Positions 45,613 through 54,020 of a stretch of DNA of 64,000 nt are shown piece after piece. The stretch comes from Dehalococcoidia bacterium (lineage in GTDB: Bacteria > Chloroflexota > Dehalococcoidia > SHYB01), in the NCBI GenBank assembly GCA_964291475.2, contig OZ220075.1:118312-182311 (forward strand), read 5' to 3'. Numbering within the stretch: position 1 is the stretch's first letter; the number at the start of each line of letters is the position of its first letter. The position numbers and the translations under genes are program-made. The notes beneath the pieces were generated by a model that saw only the letters and a program-made list of their open reading frames with translations, was not told the origin of the DNA and made no database searches.

Positions 45613-47301
45613 CTACCGCCCGCCGAACAGGTCGTCGACGTCGCGGGCGAGCGCGGCTTGGCGCTCCTCCGGCTCCAGGTAGCCGACGCTCTTGTAGAAG
45701 TCGGGGCCGTAGGTGCGGGTGCGGACGACCACCGGCATCGGCACGGCGTGCCCGAAGATGAGCGCCTGCTGCTTCGTCTCCAGCTTGGCGAGGACGGCGC
45801 GTAGCTCGCCGCGTCCAGAGACCCCCGCCAGGACGGCGTCGATGTCGCGTTCGTCCTCAAGCAGGCAGGTCAGCTTTGTGCCGATCTGCGACAGCACCTC
45901 GTGGTCGATCCCGCTGGGGCGCTGGTCGATGATGAGCAGCGTGACGTTGTACTTCCGCAGCTCCCGCGCGATGGTGCCGAAGCTCGTGTAGCCGGCGACG
46001 CCCGGACTCAGGAACTTGTGCGCCTCCTCGACGGCGATCACCAGGTGCGGCGGCGGCTTGCCGCTCCCCGCCAGCGACGCCTCGACGCGGTCGACGTAGG
46101 CCTCGTGGATGCGCCGCGTCAGCAGGTTGGCCACGAGGATGTAGGCGGCGAGGTTGTTGCGGTGGCGTCCAAACTCCAGGACGACGTGCTTCCCCGCCTC
46201 CAGGTACTCCATGATGCGCCGCACCGAGTCCTCGGGCCGCTCCTCGGTCAGGAAGTCGAGCGAACCCAGGCGCTGCACGCGCCGGTGGACCGCCGCCAGC
46301 GTCGCCTCGTGCTCGACCCCGCCGGCGAGGTCGGTCAGATCCTCCACACCGTCCGCGGCGAGCAGAGCCCGCAACCACTTCCGACCATGGCGCTTCTCCA
46401 GCCGCTCGATCGCCTGCACCTGCGTCTCGTTCAGTCCAAGAACGCCCGCCGCCGAGGCCACGTCGGCGGCCTCGATGTCGTCGTAGCCGATGCGCACCAC
46501 GTAGTCGGCGCTGGCCCCCTTGCGGCGCGTCGATTCGTCATCGAGCGTGAAGACGCCGACCCGGCCGGGGAAGAGCTGCTTCAGCCCCTTCACCTGTGCC
46601 CCCGACTCACTGGGGGAGGCCCAGCCGTACTCGCTGTGCATGTCGAAGACGAGGCTCACCGCCTGCCCCTTCATCACGATCTCGGCGAGCAGCACCCGCG
46701 TGAGGAACGACTTGCCCGTGCCCGTCTTCCCGAACACCCCCGTGCTGCGCTCGGTGAGCCGGTCGGCGTCGAGGCAGATCGGGGCCTCCTCCATATCCAG
46801 CGGACTGCCCACCCAGAGGTGGTCGTCGTCGTTCTCGCCGAAGATCGCCTCGATCTCCTGCGCCGCGCTGTAGCGGGCCGGGGCGAAGTGCGGCGGCACC
46901 GTCTTGGCGGGGAGCGGACCGTCGTCGAGGCCCACCGCGCCCGTCTGGGTGAGGTAGGGGACGACGTGGACGAGGCCGAAGGCGTTGGCGCCGCTGACCA
47001 CGGCGCGGATGAACTCGTCGTCCACGTCGGGCGGGGTCAGGGCCATCGCAGGGTCGGTCTGCCCCAGCGAGATGTCGGTGACGACGCCGAAGAAGCGGCG
47101 GCGCTCGGCCTGGATGGTGACGAAGCGTCCTACCGAGACCTCTTCGATAGGGACTCCGCCTTCCAACCTAACCTCGACACCCTTGGTCAGCGACCCGCTG
47201 ACGACCATGCCGAGGTGCTCGCCGCCGGACGAAGGGGCTGCAATGGCGGGGTCGGCGCCGTTGGCCGGCGTGAGGGGGTCGTCGGTCGGCATGGGGCGCA
47301 T
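45613..47301 (-). CDS. HerA-like / DUF87 P-loop ATPase (FtsK-HerA superfamily)
   Basis: Start set at ATG 47301 (or 47292). The upstream 420 codons of the track ORF are antisense to the CoA-transferase gene. It has an N-terminal barrel-like segment GMVVSGSLTKGVEVRLE...GRFVTIQ, Walker A GVFGKTGTGKSF, Walker B HLVIAVEEAHKF and LLIIDQRPS. Confidence 0.75.
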   Translation of the reverse strand: MRPMPTDDPLTPANGADPAIAAPSSGGEHLGMVVSGSLTKGVEVRLEGGVPIEEVSVGRFVTIQAERRRFFGVVTDISLGQTDPAMALTPPDVDDEFIRAVVSGANAFGLVHVVPYLTQTGAVGLDDGPLPAKTVPPHFAPARYSAAQEIEAIFGENDDDHLWVGSPLDMEEAPICLDADRLTERSTGVFGKTGTGKSFLTRVLLAEIVMKGQAVSLVFDMHSEYGWASPSESGAQVKGLKQLFPGRVGVFTLDDESTRRKGASADYVVRIGYDDIEAADVASAAGVLGLNETQVQAIERLEKRHGRKWLRALLAADGVEDLTDLAGGVEHEATLAAVHRRVQRLGSLDFLTEERPEDSVRRIMEYLEAGKHVVLEFGRHRNNLAAYILVANLLTRRIHEAYVDRVEASLAGSGKPPPHLVIAVEEAHKFLSPGVAGYTSFGTIARELRKYNVTLLIIDQRPSGIDHEVLSQIGTKLTCLLEDERDIDAVLAGVSGRGELRAVLAKLETKQQALIFGHAVPMPVVVRTRTYGPDFYKSVGYLEPEERQAALARDVDDLFGGR

Positions 47302-47400
47302 TGTACGCGCGCGGTGCGCCCCGCGGAACACGCCGGTGTCGTTTGACAAAAGCCGCCGGCGCGGCTCAAATCCGAACGGAGGGGAGGAGCCGTCCGCACC

Positions 47401-48642
47401 GTGCGCCCGCTGGAAAACGTCCGCGTCATCGAATACGGCCCGTGGCTGAACGCGGCCTACGGCGGACGCCTGCTCGCCGACATGGGCGCCGAGGTCATCA
47501 AGGTCGAGTCGCCCGACGGCGGCGACCCGGGGCGCATACACGGCCCGTTCCCCGGCGACGCTCCCGACGCCGAGGCCGGCGCGCAGCACCTCTTCAACAA
47601 CGCCAACAAGCTCGGCGTCACCCTCGACCCCTCGTCCGCGACCGGACGTCGGCTCTTCCGGCAACTCACCGCAACCGCCGACGTGCTCATCGACGGCAGG
47701 CAGGCCGGCGACCTCGACGCCCTGGGCCTCGGCCACGAGTCGCTGGCGGACGACAACCCCCGTCTCATCACCGTCGCAGTGAGCAGCCTGGGGCGCTCCG
47801 GCCCCTACGCCGGCTACCGGGGCTACGACCTGACGAGTTGGCACGGCAGCGGCTCGTCCCACATCTACATGGGCGCGCCCGACCGGGAGCCGCTGCGTGG
47901 GGCGTACTACCACGCCAACCACTGGGGCGCGGTCTCGGTGGCGGCAGCCGCGATGATCGCCCTGCACGCGAGGGAGAAGACGGGGCGCGGCCAGGCGATC
48001 GACATCGCCGAGGCAGAAACGCTCGCCATGCTCTACATCGCCGTCGAGGTCAGCGACTACCTGATGAACGGCGCTGAAAAGGCCCGCGTCGGCCTGCGCA
48101 TGGACGGCAACGCCCCCACCGCGCTCCTCCCCTGCAAGGACGGCTACGTCTACCTCATGGCGCTCACCGACGAGCAGTGGGCGGGCCTGGTCGACGCGAT
48201 GGACAACCCCGACTGGGCGACGACGGACCTCTTCCTCGGCGGAGGACGGCAGCGCGCCGTCTACGCCCGCGAAATCTACGACCTGCTCCGGCCTTGGCTG
48301 CAGGAGAACACCGCCCAGGAAATCTTCGACCGGTGCCAGGCGCGCAGCGCCCCCGCCGCTCCGCTCTACACCGTCGCCGACCTCATGGCGAATGAGCACC
48401 TGACCGAGCGCGGCTTCTTCGTCGACCTGCCCGGCGAACGTTCCGGGCCCCTGCGCATCCCGGGGCCGCCCTTCCGTTTCGGCCGCGACCAGAGCGAGAC
48501 GCCGGCGTCGAAGACGCTGGCGCCGTGGGACGTCAAGCGCCGCGCCCCGCGCCTCGGCGAGCACAACCAGGCGGTCTACTGCGGCATGCTCGGCCTCGAC
48601 CGCGCCGAGCTGCCCGCGCTGCGGCGGGCGGGAGTCATCTAA
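47401..48642 (+). CDS. family III CoA-transferase, class-1 (divergent) subunit
   Basis: 413-aa ORF with a GTG start. VRVIEYGPWLNAAYGGRLLADMGAEVIKVESPDGGDPGR and TGRGQAIDI. Confidence 0.85.
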   Translation: MRPLENVRVIEYGPWLNAAYGGRLLADMGAEVIKVESPDGGDPGRIHGPFPGDAPDAEAGAQHLFNNANKLGVTLDPSSATGRRLFRQLTATADVLIDGRQAGDLDALGLGHESLADDNPRLITVAVSSLGRSGPYAGYRGYDLTSWHGSGSSHIYMGAPDREPLRGAYYHANHWGAVSVAAAAMIALHAREKTGRGQAIDIAEAETLAMLYIAVEVSDYLMNGAEKARVGLRMDGNAPTALLPCKDGYVYLMALTDEQWAGLVDAMDNPDWATTDLFLGGGRQRAVYAREIYDLLRPWLQENTAQEIFDRCQARSAPAAPLYTVADLMANEHLTERGFFVDLPGERSGPLRIPGPPFRFGRDQSETPASKTLAPWDVKRRAPRLGEHNQAVYCGMLGLDRAELPALRRAGVI

Positions 48643-49877
48643 TGGCCGGCGCGGCGTCCACCGGCAACCGCGACCTTCCCCTCGCCGGGCTGCGCGTGCT
48701 GAATCTGGGTTGGTACTGGGTCTGCGCCACGATGTCGCACCTCCTGGCTGATATGGGCGCCGAGGTCATCAAGGTCGACTCGCGCCAGCGGCTGGAGACG
48801 CTGCGCGGCATACCGCCGTTCATGGACGGCATCGAGGACCCCGACCACAACCTCTGGCTCCACAACCTCCTGCGCAACACCCAGAGCATCACCGTCAATC
48901 TGGAGACCGACGAGGGGCGGGAGCGGTTGCGCGACCTCGTCCGCACCGCGGACGTGGTGACGGAGAACTGGACGCCGGGCACGGTGGCGAAGCTCGGCAT
49001 CGACTACGCCTCGCTGCGCCCCTACCGGCCCGACCTCATCATGGTCTCTCCTTCGGCGGCGGGACAGTGGGGGCCCTACCGGCGCATCAACACCTACGGG
49101 CAGGTGATCAGCACGCTCGCAGGGCTCGACGCGGTCCAAGGCTACGCCGGGGAGCGGCCCTCGAACTTCGGTATGTCGATCATCGACCCGTTCGCGGGCC
49201 TGATGGCCTGCTACGCCGTGCTCGCCGCACTCCGCCGCCGCAACGAGACCGGCCAAGGCTGCCACGTCGACTTCTCGCAGTGGGAGATGTCGACGGCGAC
49301 GATGGGGCCGCTCTTCCTCGACTACCAGTGGAACGGCCGGCTGCACGGCCCCGACGGCAACCACGACCTGCTCTGCGTCCCCAACAACGTCTACCCCTCC
49401 GCCGGCGACGACCGCTGGGTGTCGATCTCGGTCTACGAGGAGAACGAGTGGCGGGGGCTGCTCCGCGCTTTGGGACGGCCCCGTTGGGGGCGCGACCCGC
49501 GCTTCGCCGACAAGTACCGGCGCAAGCGCAACGAGGATGTCCTCGACGAGCGCATCGCTGCGTGGACCAAGCGCCGCACGCACTACGAAGCGGTGGAGCT
49601 TCTGCAGGCCGAGGGCGTGGCCGCCTTCCCCGTCATGGGCTCCCGTGAGCTCTACAGCGACCCCCACTGGAAGGCCCGCGACTCCTGGCTCCAAGTCGAC
49701 CACACCCTCGGCCCCGAGTGGATCTACGGCGTGCACTGGAAATTCAGCGATACGCCGGCATCGGTACGGACGACGACGCCCCTCCTCGGCGAGCACAACC
49801 GCCGCGTCTTCGCCGACCTCATGGGTGCGGACGACGCGGAGTTCCGCCGCCTCGAAGCGGAGCGGGTCATCTACTAG
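48642..49877 (+). CDS. family III CoA-transferase, class-2 (canonical-looking) subunit
   Basis: ATG 48642 overlaps the upstream TAA by 1 nt (TAATG). LRVLNLGWYWVCATMSHLLADMGAEVIKVDS, VVTENWTPGTVAKLGIDY and TGQGCHVDF. Confidence 0.85.
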   Translation: MAGAASTGNRDLPLAGLRVLNLGWYWVCATMSHLLADMGAEVIKVDSRQRLETLRGIPPFMDGIEDPDHNLWLHNLLRNTQSITVNLETDEGRERLRDLVRTADVVTENWTPGTVAKLGIDYASLRPYRPDLIMVSPSAAGQWGPYRRINTYGQVISTLAGLDAVQGYAGERPSNFGMSIIDPFAGLMACYAVLAALRRRNETGQGCHVDFSQWEMSTATMGPLFLDYQWNGRLHGPDGNHDLLCVPNNVYPSAGDDRWVSISVYEENEWRGLLRALGRPRWGRDPRFADKYRRKRNEDVLDERIAAWTKRRTHYEAVELLQAEGVAAFPVMGSRELYSDPHWKARDSWLQVDHTLGPEWIYGVHWKFSDTPASVRTTTPLLGEHNRRVFADLMGADDAEFRRLEAERVIY

Positions 49878-49892
49878 GGCGCATCCCGGCGC

Positions 49893-49901
49893 TGGTATAC
49901 T
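49893..49901 (+). promoter_or_regulatory. candidate extended -10 promoter (TGgTATACT) for sat
   Basis: A TGnTATAnT match 64 nt upstream of the sat ATG in an otherwise G+C-rich spacer. Confidence 0.3.
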
Positions 49902-49964
49902 CTCCGGTGGCGCTCGCCAAGCCGGGCGCCTCCGCATCCCCGCTTCAGGAGACCGCGCCCCGAC

Positions 49965-51158
49965 ATGTCCACGACCATGACTCCCCACGCCACCATCGCG
50001 CCCCACGGCGGCGCGCTCGTCGACCGCATCGCGAGCTCGGCCAAGGCCGCCGAGCTGCGGTCGATCGCCGCGGACCTGCCCGCGATCACGCTCAGCTTCA
50101 AGCAGTTCTGCGACCTCGAAATGATCGCCGTCGGCGCGTTCAGTCCCCTGACCGGCTACGTCGGCCAGGCCGACTTCGAGTCCATCTGCCGCCGGGCCCG
50201 GCTGGCCGACGGCACGGTGTGGCCGATCCCAATCACCCTCGCCGTCGACGACGCGGTCAAGCAGACGCTGGACGTCGGCGGCAAGGCCGCGCTGAAGCAC
50301 CACGACGGCACCCTGCTCGCCGTGATCGACGTCGAGGAGGTCTACCCTCACGACAAGGCGCTGGAGATACCCAACGTCTTCCGTACCGACGACGCGGCGC
50401 ATCCGGGCGTCGAGGCGGTGCTGGCCGAGGGCGATTGGCTCGTCGGCGGCCCCATCGAGGTCGTCACGGTGACGCCGGAGCGCGAGCCCGGCGAGCAGTT
50501 CACCGAGCACCGCAAGCGCCCGGCCGAGACCCGTGCCGCCTTCGCCGAGCGCGGCTGGAGCACTGTCGCCGCCTTCCAGACGCGGAACCCTATCCACCGC
50601 GCCCACGAATATCTGACGAAGTGCGCCCTGGAGATCACCGACGGGCTGCTGATCCACCCCCTCGTGGGCGAGACCAAGCCCGGCGACATCCCCGCCGACG
50701 TCCGTATGGACTGCTACCGGACGCTCATCGAGAAGTATTACGTCGCCGAGCGCACCCTGCTCACCGTCATGCCGGCGGCGATGCGTTACGCCGGGCCGCG
50801 GGAGGCCATCCTCCACGCGCTGGTGCGGCAGAACTACGGCTGCACGCACTTCATCGTGGGCCGCGACCACGCCGGCGTCGGCGACTACTACGGCACCTAC
50901 GAGGCGCAGGAGATCTTCGACGAGTTCGAGCCGGGCGAGATCGCGATCACTCCCCTCAAGTTCGAGCACGCCGCCTACAGCATCCAGGCGCAGGGCATGG
51001 TGACCGCGAAGACCTTCCCCCGCATCGAGGGCGACCAGATTTTCCTTTCGGGAACGAAGGTGCGGGAGCTGCTGGTCGCGGGAGAACGGCCGCCGGGCGA
51101 GTTCACCCGCCCCGAGGTCGCCGACATCCTGATCGAGTGGGCGCGGTCGGAGAGCTAG
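49965..51158 (+). CDS. sat: sulfate adenylyltransferase (ATP sulfurylase)
   Basis: 397-aa ORF with FQTRNPIHRAHEYL, GRDHAGVGDYYGTYEAQ and an N-terminal PUA-like region. Confidence 0.9.
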   Translation: MSTTMTPHATIAPHGGALVDRIASSAKAAELRSIAADLPAITLSFKQFCDLEMIAVGAFSPLTGYVGQADFESICRRARLADGTVWPIPITLAVDDAVKQTLDVGGKAALKHHDGTLLAVIDVEEVYPHDKALEIPNVFRTDDAAHPGVEAVLAEGDWLVGGPIEVVTVTPEREPGEQFTEHRKRPAETRAAFAERGWSTVAAFQTRNPIHRAHEYLTKCALEITDGLLIHPLVGETKPGDIPADVRMDCYRTLIEKYYVAERTLLTVMPAAMRYAGPREAILHALVRQNYGCTHFIVGRDHAGVGDYYGTYEAQEIFDEFEPGEIAITPLKFEHAAYSIQAQGMVTAKTFPRIEGDQIFLSGTKVRELLVAGERPPGEFTRPEVADILIEWARSES

Positions 51159-51211
51159 CCGCCATCCCGTAGAATGCACGGGGCGGGCCTGGGCCGCCGA
51201 AAGGGAGCCGC

Positions 51212-51997
51212 GTGGAGTACATCTTCGAGGTCGGGAACTTCGGCCTCCGCTGGTACAGCGTCCTCGTCGCCGTCGGCCTCGGCATGGGCGCGTGGATCGC
51301 CGCCATCGAGGCCAAGCGGCGCGGCGAAGACCCCAACCACGTCTTCAACGCCCTCCTCATCTGCCTCCCGATGGCGCTGATTTGCGCCCGCGCCTACCAC
51401 GTAATCGATGAGTGGAATGAGACCTATTCGGACAACGTAATCAGCGTCCTCTACCTCCATAAGGGTGGCATCGGCATCTACGGCGCGGCCATCGGCTCCA
51501 TCCTAGGTCTAGCCATCTACACCCGCTGGCAACGCCTGCCCCTCATGCACTGGCTCGACATCGGTGCGCCGGGCTTCATTCTCGGCCAAGCCATCGGCCG
51601 CTGGGGCAACTTCTTCAACCAGGAGCTCTACGGCACGCCTACCGACCTCCCGTGGGCCATCAACATCGACGCCTCGAAGCGGGCGTCGGGCTACGAGACC
51701 TTCTCCCAGTTCCACCCGCTCTTCCTCTACGAATCGCTCCTCAACCTTGCCGGCCTCGGCGTCATGCTCTACGTCGCCCGGCGCTATGCCGACCGGCTGA
51801 AGGAAGGCGACATCGTCCTCATCTACGGCGTCTGGTACGGCGGGGTACGCCTGGGCCTCGAATGGCTGCGCATCGACAACTGGGTGGCGGGCGGCTTCCC
51901 GGTAGCGGCGGCCATCTCCATCGCGGCCATCGTCATCTGCGGCGGCGTGCTGCTCTACCGCCACTGGTACACGCCCCGGTTCCGGGAAGCGCCTTAA
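51212..51997 (+). CDS. lgt: prolipoprotein diacylglyceryl transferase
   Basis: GTG 51212 follows AAGGGAG. GGIGIYGAAIG, GQAIGRWGNFFNQELYGTPTDLPWAI and multiple TM spans. Confidence 0.9.
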   Translation: MEYIFEVGNFGLRWYSVLVAVGLGMGAWIAAIEAKRRGEDPNHVFNALLICLPMALICARAYHVIDEWNETYSDNVISVLYLHKGGIGIYGAAIGSILGLAIYTRWQRLPLMHWLDIGAPGFILGQAIGRWGNFFNQELYGTPTDLPWAINIDASKRASGYETFSQFHPLFLYESLLNLAGLGVMLYVARRYADRLKEGDIVLIYGVWYGGVRLGLEWLRIDNWVAGGFPVAAAISIAAIVICGGVLLYRHWYTPRFREAP

Positions 51998-52080
51998 ACC
52001 TCCCTCCGGCAGGAGCACCTTAAACCTCCCTCCCTCCGGGAGGGACTGAGGGCGGGCACGCGCGGCCCGCCCCCGTAGGG
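51988..52080. repeat. mosaic palindromic intergenic repeat (module ...gagcaccttaaacctccctccctccgggagggactgagggcgggcacgcgc...)
   Basis: It shares long identical strings with 53205..53262 and 61835..61897. The first copy of the ccttaaacc module overlaps the lgt TAA stop. Confidence 0.85.
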
Positions 52081-52144
52081 CCTAGCGTCCTCGAATGACG
52101 CTCGGTATAGTCTCCCCAGCCATATCCGGCGACGGAGGACATCC

Positions 52145-53068
52145 GTGAGCGACGTATACGACCTCGCCATCATCGGCTCCGGCTTCACCGGCCTCAGCGC
52201 CGGCGTGCAGGCCACGAGGATGGGCATGAAGACCGTCCTGATCGAGCAGGTGATCATGGGCGGTCAGATCCTGAACACCGACTTGGTGGAGAACTACCCC
52301 GGCTTCCCCAAAGGCGTCTCCGGCATGGACCTCATCACCGGCGCCGAGGAGCAGGCGAGCAGCGCCGGCCTCGAATACGGCTTCGGCATGGTCACCGGCA
52401 TCGACACCTCCAAGCAGCCCATCGAGGTGCTCGGCGACGGCGAATCATGGCTCGCCAAGACCGTGATCATCGCCGCCGGTGGTGAGCACCGGAAGCTCGG
52501 CGTCCCCGGCGAGGCCGAGCTCGAGGGCCGCGGCGTCTCCCACTGCGCCACCTGCGACGGCATGTTCTTCCAAGACCAAGCCGTCGCCGTCATCGGCGGC
52601 GGCGACTCCGCCATGGACGAGGGCCTCTATCTCACCAACATGTGCAGCAAGGTCTACTTCATCGTCCGCGGCGAGGAGTTGACCGGCCTCAAGGTCCTCC
52701 AAGACCGCGTCGCCGAGAACCCGAAGATCGACGTGCTCTACGACACCGTCGTAGACGCCATCAACGGCGACGACTCGGTGAAGGGCCTCACGCTGCGCAA
52801 CGTGAAGACCGAGGAGAAGCGCGAGCTCGAGGTTACCGGCATCTTCGCCTACATCGGCTCCGACCCCGCCACCGCGCCCTTCGCCGCCTCCGTGCCCACC
52901 GACGGCGGCGGCCACGTCAAGGTCGACCTGCGCATGGCCACCGAGATCCCCGGCGTCTTCGCCGCCGGCGAATGCCGCTGGCAATCGACCCGCCAGCTCG
53001 CCAACTCCGCCGGCGACGGCGTCACCGCCGCCATCGCCGCCTACGAGTGGCTCCAAGCCAACGCCTAG
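52145..53068 (+). CDS. trxB: thioredoxin-disulfide reductase
   Basis: 307-aa ORF with a GTG start. YDLAIIGSGFTGLSAG, the redox-active CATCDG, VIGGGDSAMDEG and GVFAAGE. Confidence 0.95.
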   Translation: MSDVYDLAIIGSGFTGLSAGVQATRMGMKTVLIEQVIMGGQILNTDLVENYPGFPKGVSGMDLITGAEEQASSAGLEYGFGMVTGIDTSKQPIEVLGDGESWLAKTVIIAAGGEHRKLGVPGEAELEGRGVSHCATCDGMFFQDQAVAVIGGGDSAMDEGLYLTNMCSKVYFIVRGEELTGLKVLQDRVAENPKIDVLYDTVVDAINGDDSVKGLTLRNVKTEEKRELEVTGIFAYIGSDPATAPFAASVPTDGGGHVKVDLRMATEIPGVFAAGECRWQSTRQLANSAGDGVTAAIAAYEWLQANA

Positions 53069-53089
53069 CCGCCGCCACACCGTCTCGCA

Positions 53090-53345
53090 GCCCCTCATCC
53101 CTGTAGGGGCGACCCTTGTGGTCGCCCATCCCCTCACAACCACCAACCGCCATCGAAACCCGTCGATCTTTCCCGCGGGAGCTCCCCTTAACCCTCTCCC
53201 CCTCTGGGCGAGCACCTTGAACCTCCCTCCCTCTGGGAGGGACTGAGGGCGGGCACGCGCCGCCAGGCGCGTCGGTGGGGTCGGGTTAGGAGGTCTTTCC
53301 TCTTCTCCCCCCGGGAGAAGATTGAGATGAGGGGCCCCCTCACAC
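53090..53345. repeat. mosaic palindromic intergenic repeats (several hairpin modules)
   Basis: It contains ctgtaggggcgacc-cttgt-ggtcgccc...cccctcacaaccaccaac, the gggagggactgagggcgggcacgcgccgccaggcgcgtcgg module and cctcttctccccccgggagaagattgagatgagggg. Each recurs in 61810..62830. Confidence 0.85.
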
Positions 53346-53411
53346 CACCACCGGTGACCAAAACCCGCCTCCCGCACGCCCCCACCTCGGCAACGTAAAC
53401 TGGCAAACGGC

Positions 53412-54020
53412 ATGGACATCATCCTCCTCACCGGCTTCCTCCCCTTCCGTGGCCGCGCCGCCAATGTCTCCGGCGACGTCGCCGCCGCCCTCGACGGAGC
53501 CGTAATCGGCGCCGCCGCCGTCCACGCCCTGCTCATGCCGGTGCACTGGGATGCCCCTCATTCGGCCATCGCCGACGCGCTCGCCGCCATTGAGGCCGAG
53601 GGCGATCACGCCGTCGCCGTCGTCGGCCTCGGAGAATGCGGCGCGAACGGGAGTGTCCGCGTGGAGACCCGGGCCCGCAACCACCGGGGCCGCCGATCCG
53701 ACGAGCGCGGCCTACGGCCCGGGGCCGGTACGCCGTCGGAGTCGGAACCGGGAGGTCCGCCCACGCGTTCGTCGAGTCTGGCAGCAACACTCCAGCGCGC
53801 CCTAGATGAGGCAGGCGTCGAGCGCATCATCAGCCGCGGCGCCGGACGGTTCCTCTGCGAAGAGGCGCTCTACGTCAGCCTGGGGCTGGCGCCTCCCGCC
53901 GGCTTCGTCCACCTGCCCGCCTACCCCAACGTCCGCGCCGACAAATCGGACCCACGGAACCGCGCCCACTTCCTCGCCATGAAGGGCGCCGTCGAGGCAG
54001 CCCTCGCGGGCCTAGCCTGA
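53412..54020 (+). CDS. pcp: pyroglutamyl-peptidase I (peptidase C15)-like protein
   Basis: 202-aa ORF with MDIILLTGFLPF, VVGLGE, GRFLCEEALY (Cys nucleophile context) and FVHLP (His). It carries an unusual Arg/Ser/Pro-rich insertion. Confidence 0.65.
   Translation: MDIILLTGFLPFRGRAANVSGDVAAALDGAVIGAAAVHALLMPVHWDAPHSAIADALAAIEAEGDHAVAVVGLGECGANGSVRVETRARNHRGRRSDERGLRPGAGTPSESEPGGPPTRSSSLAATLQRALDEAGVERIISRGAGRFLCEEALYVSLGLAPPAGFVHLPAYPNVRADKSDPRNRAHFLAMKGAVEAALAGLA

Noticed and set aside
47302-48564. Upstream 420 codons of track ORF 45613..48564 as part of the HerA-like protein.
   Set aside because: This stretch is antisense to CoA-transferase gene 47401..48642 and compositionally junk. The HerA-like sequence starts cleanly at ATG 47301/47292 with a divergent intergenic gap.
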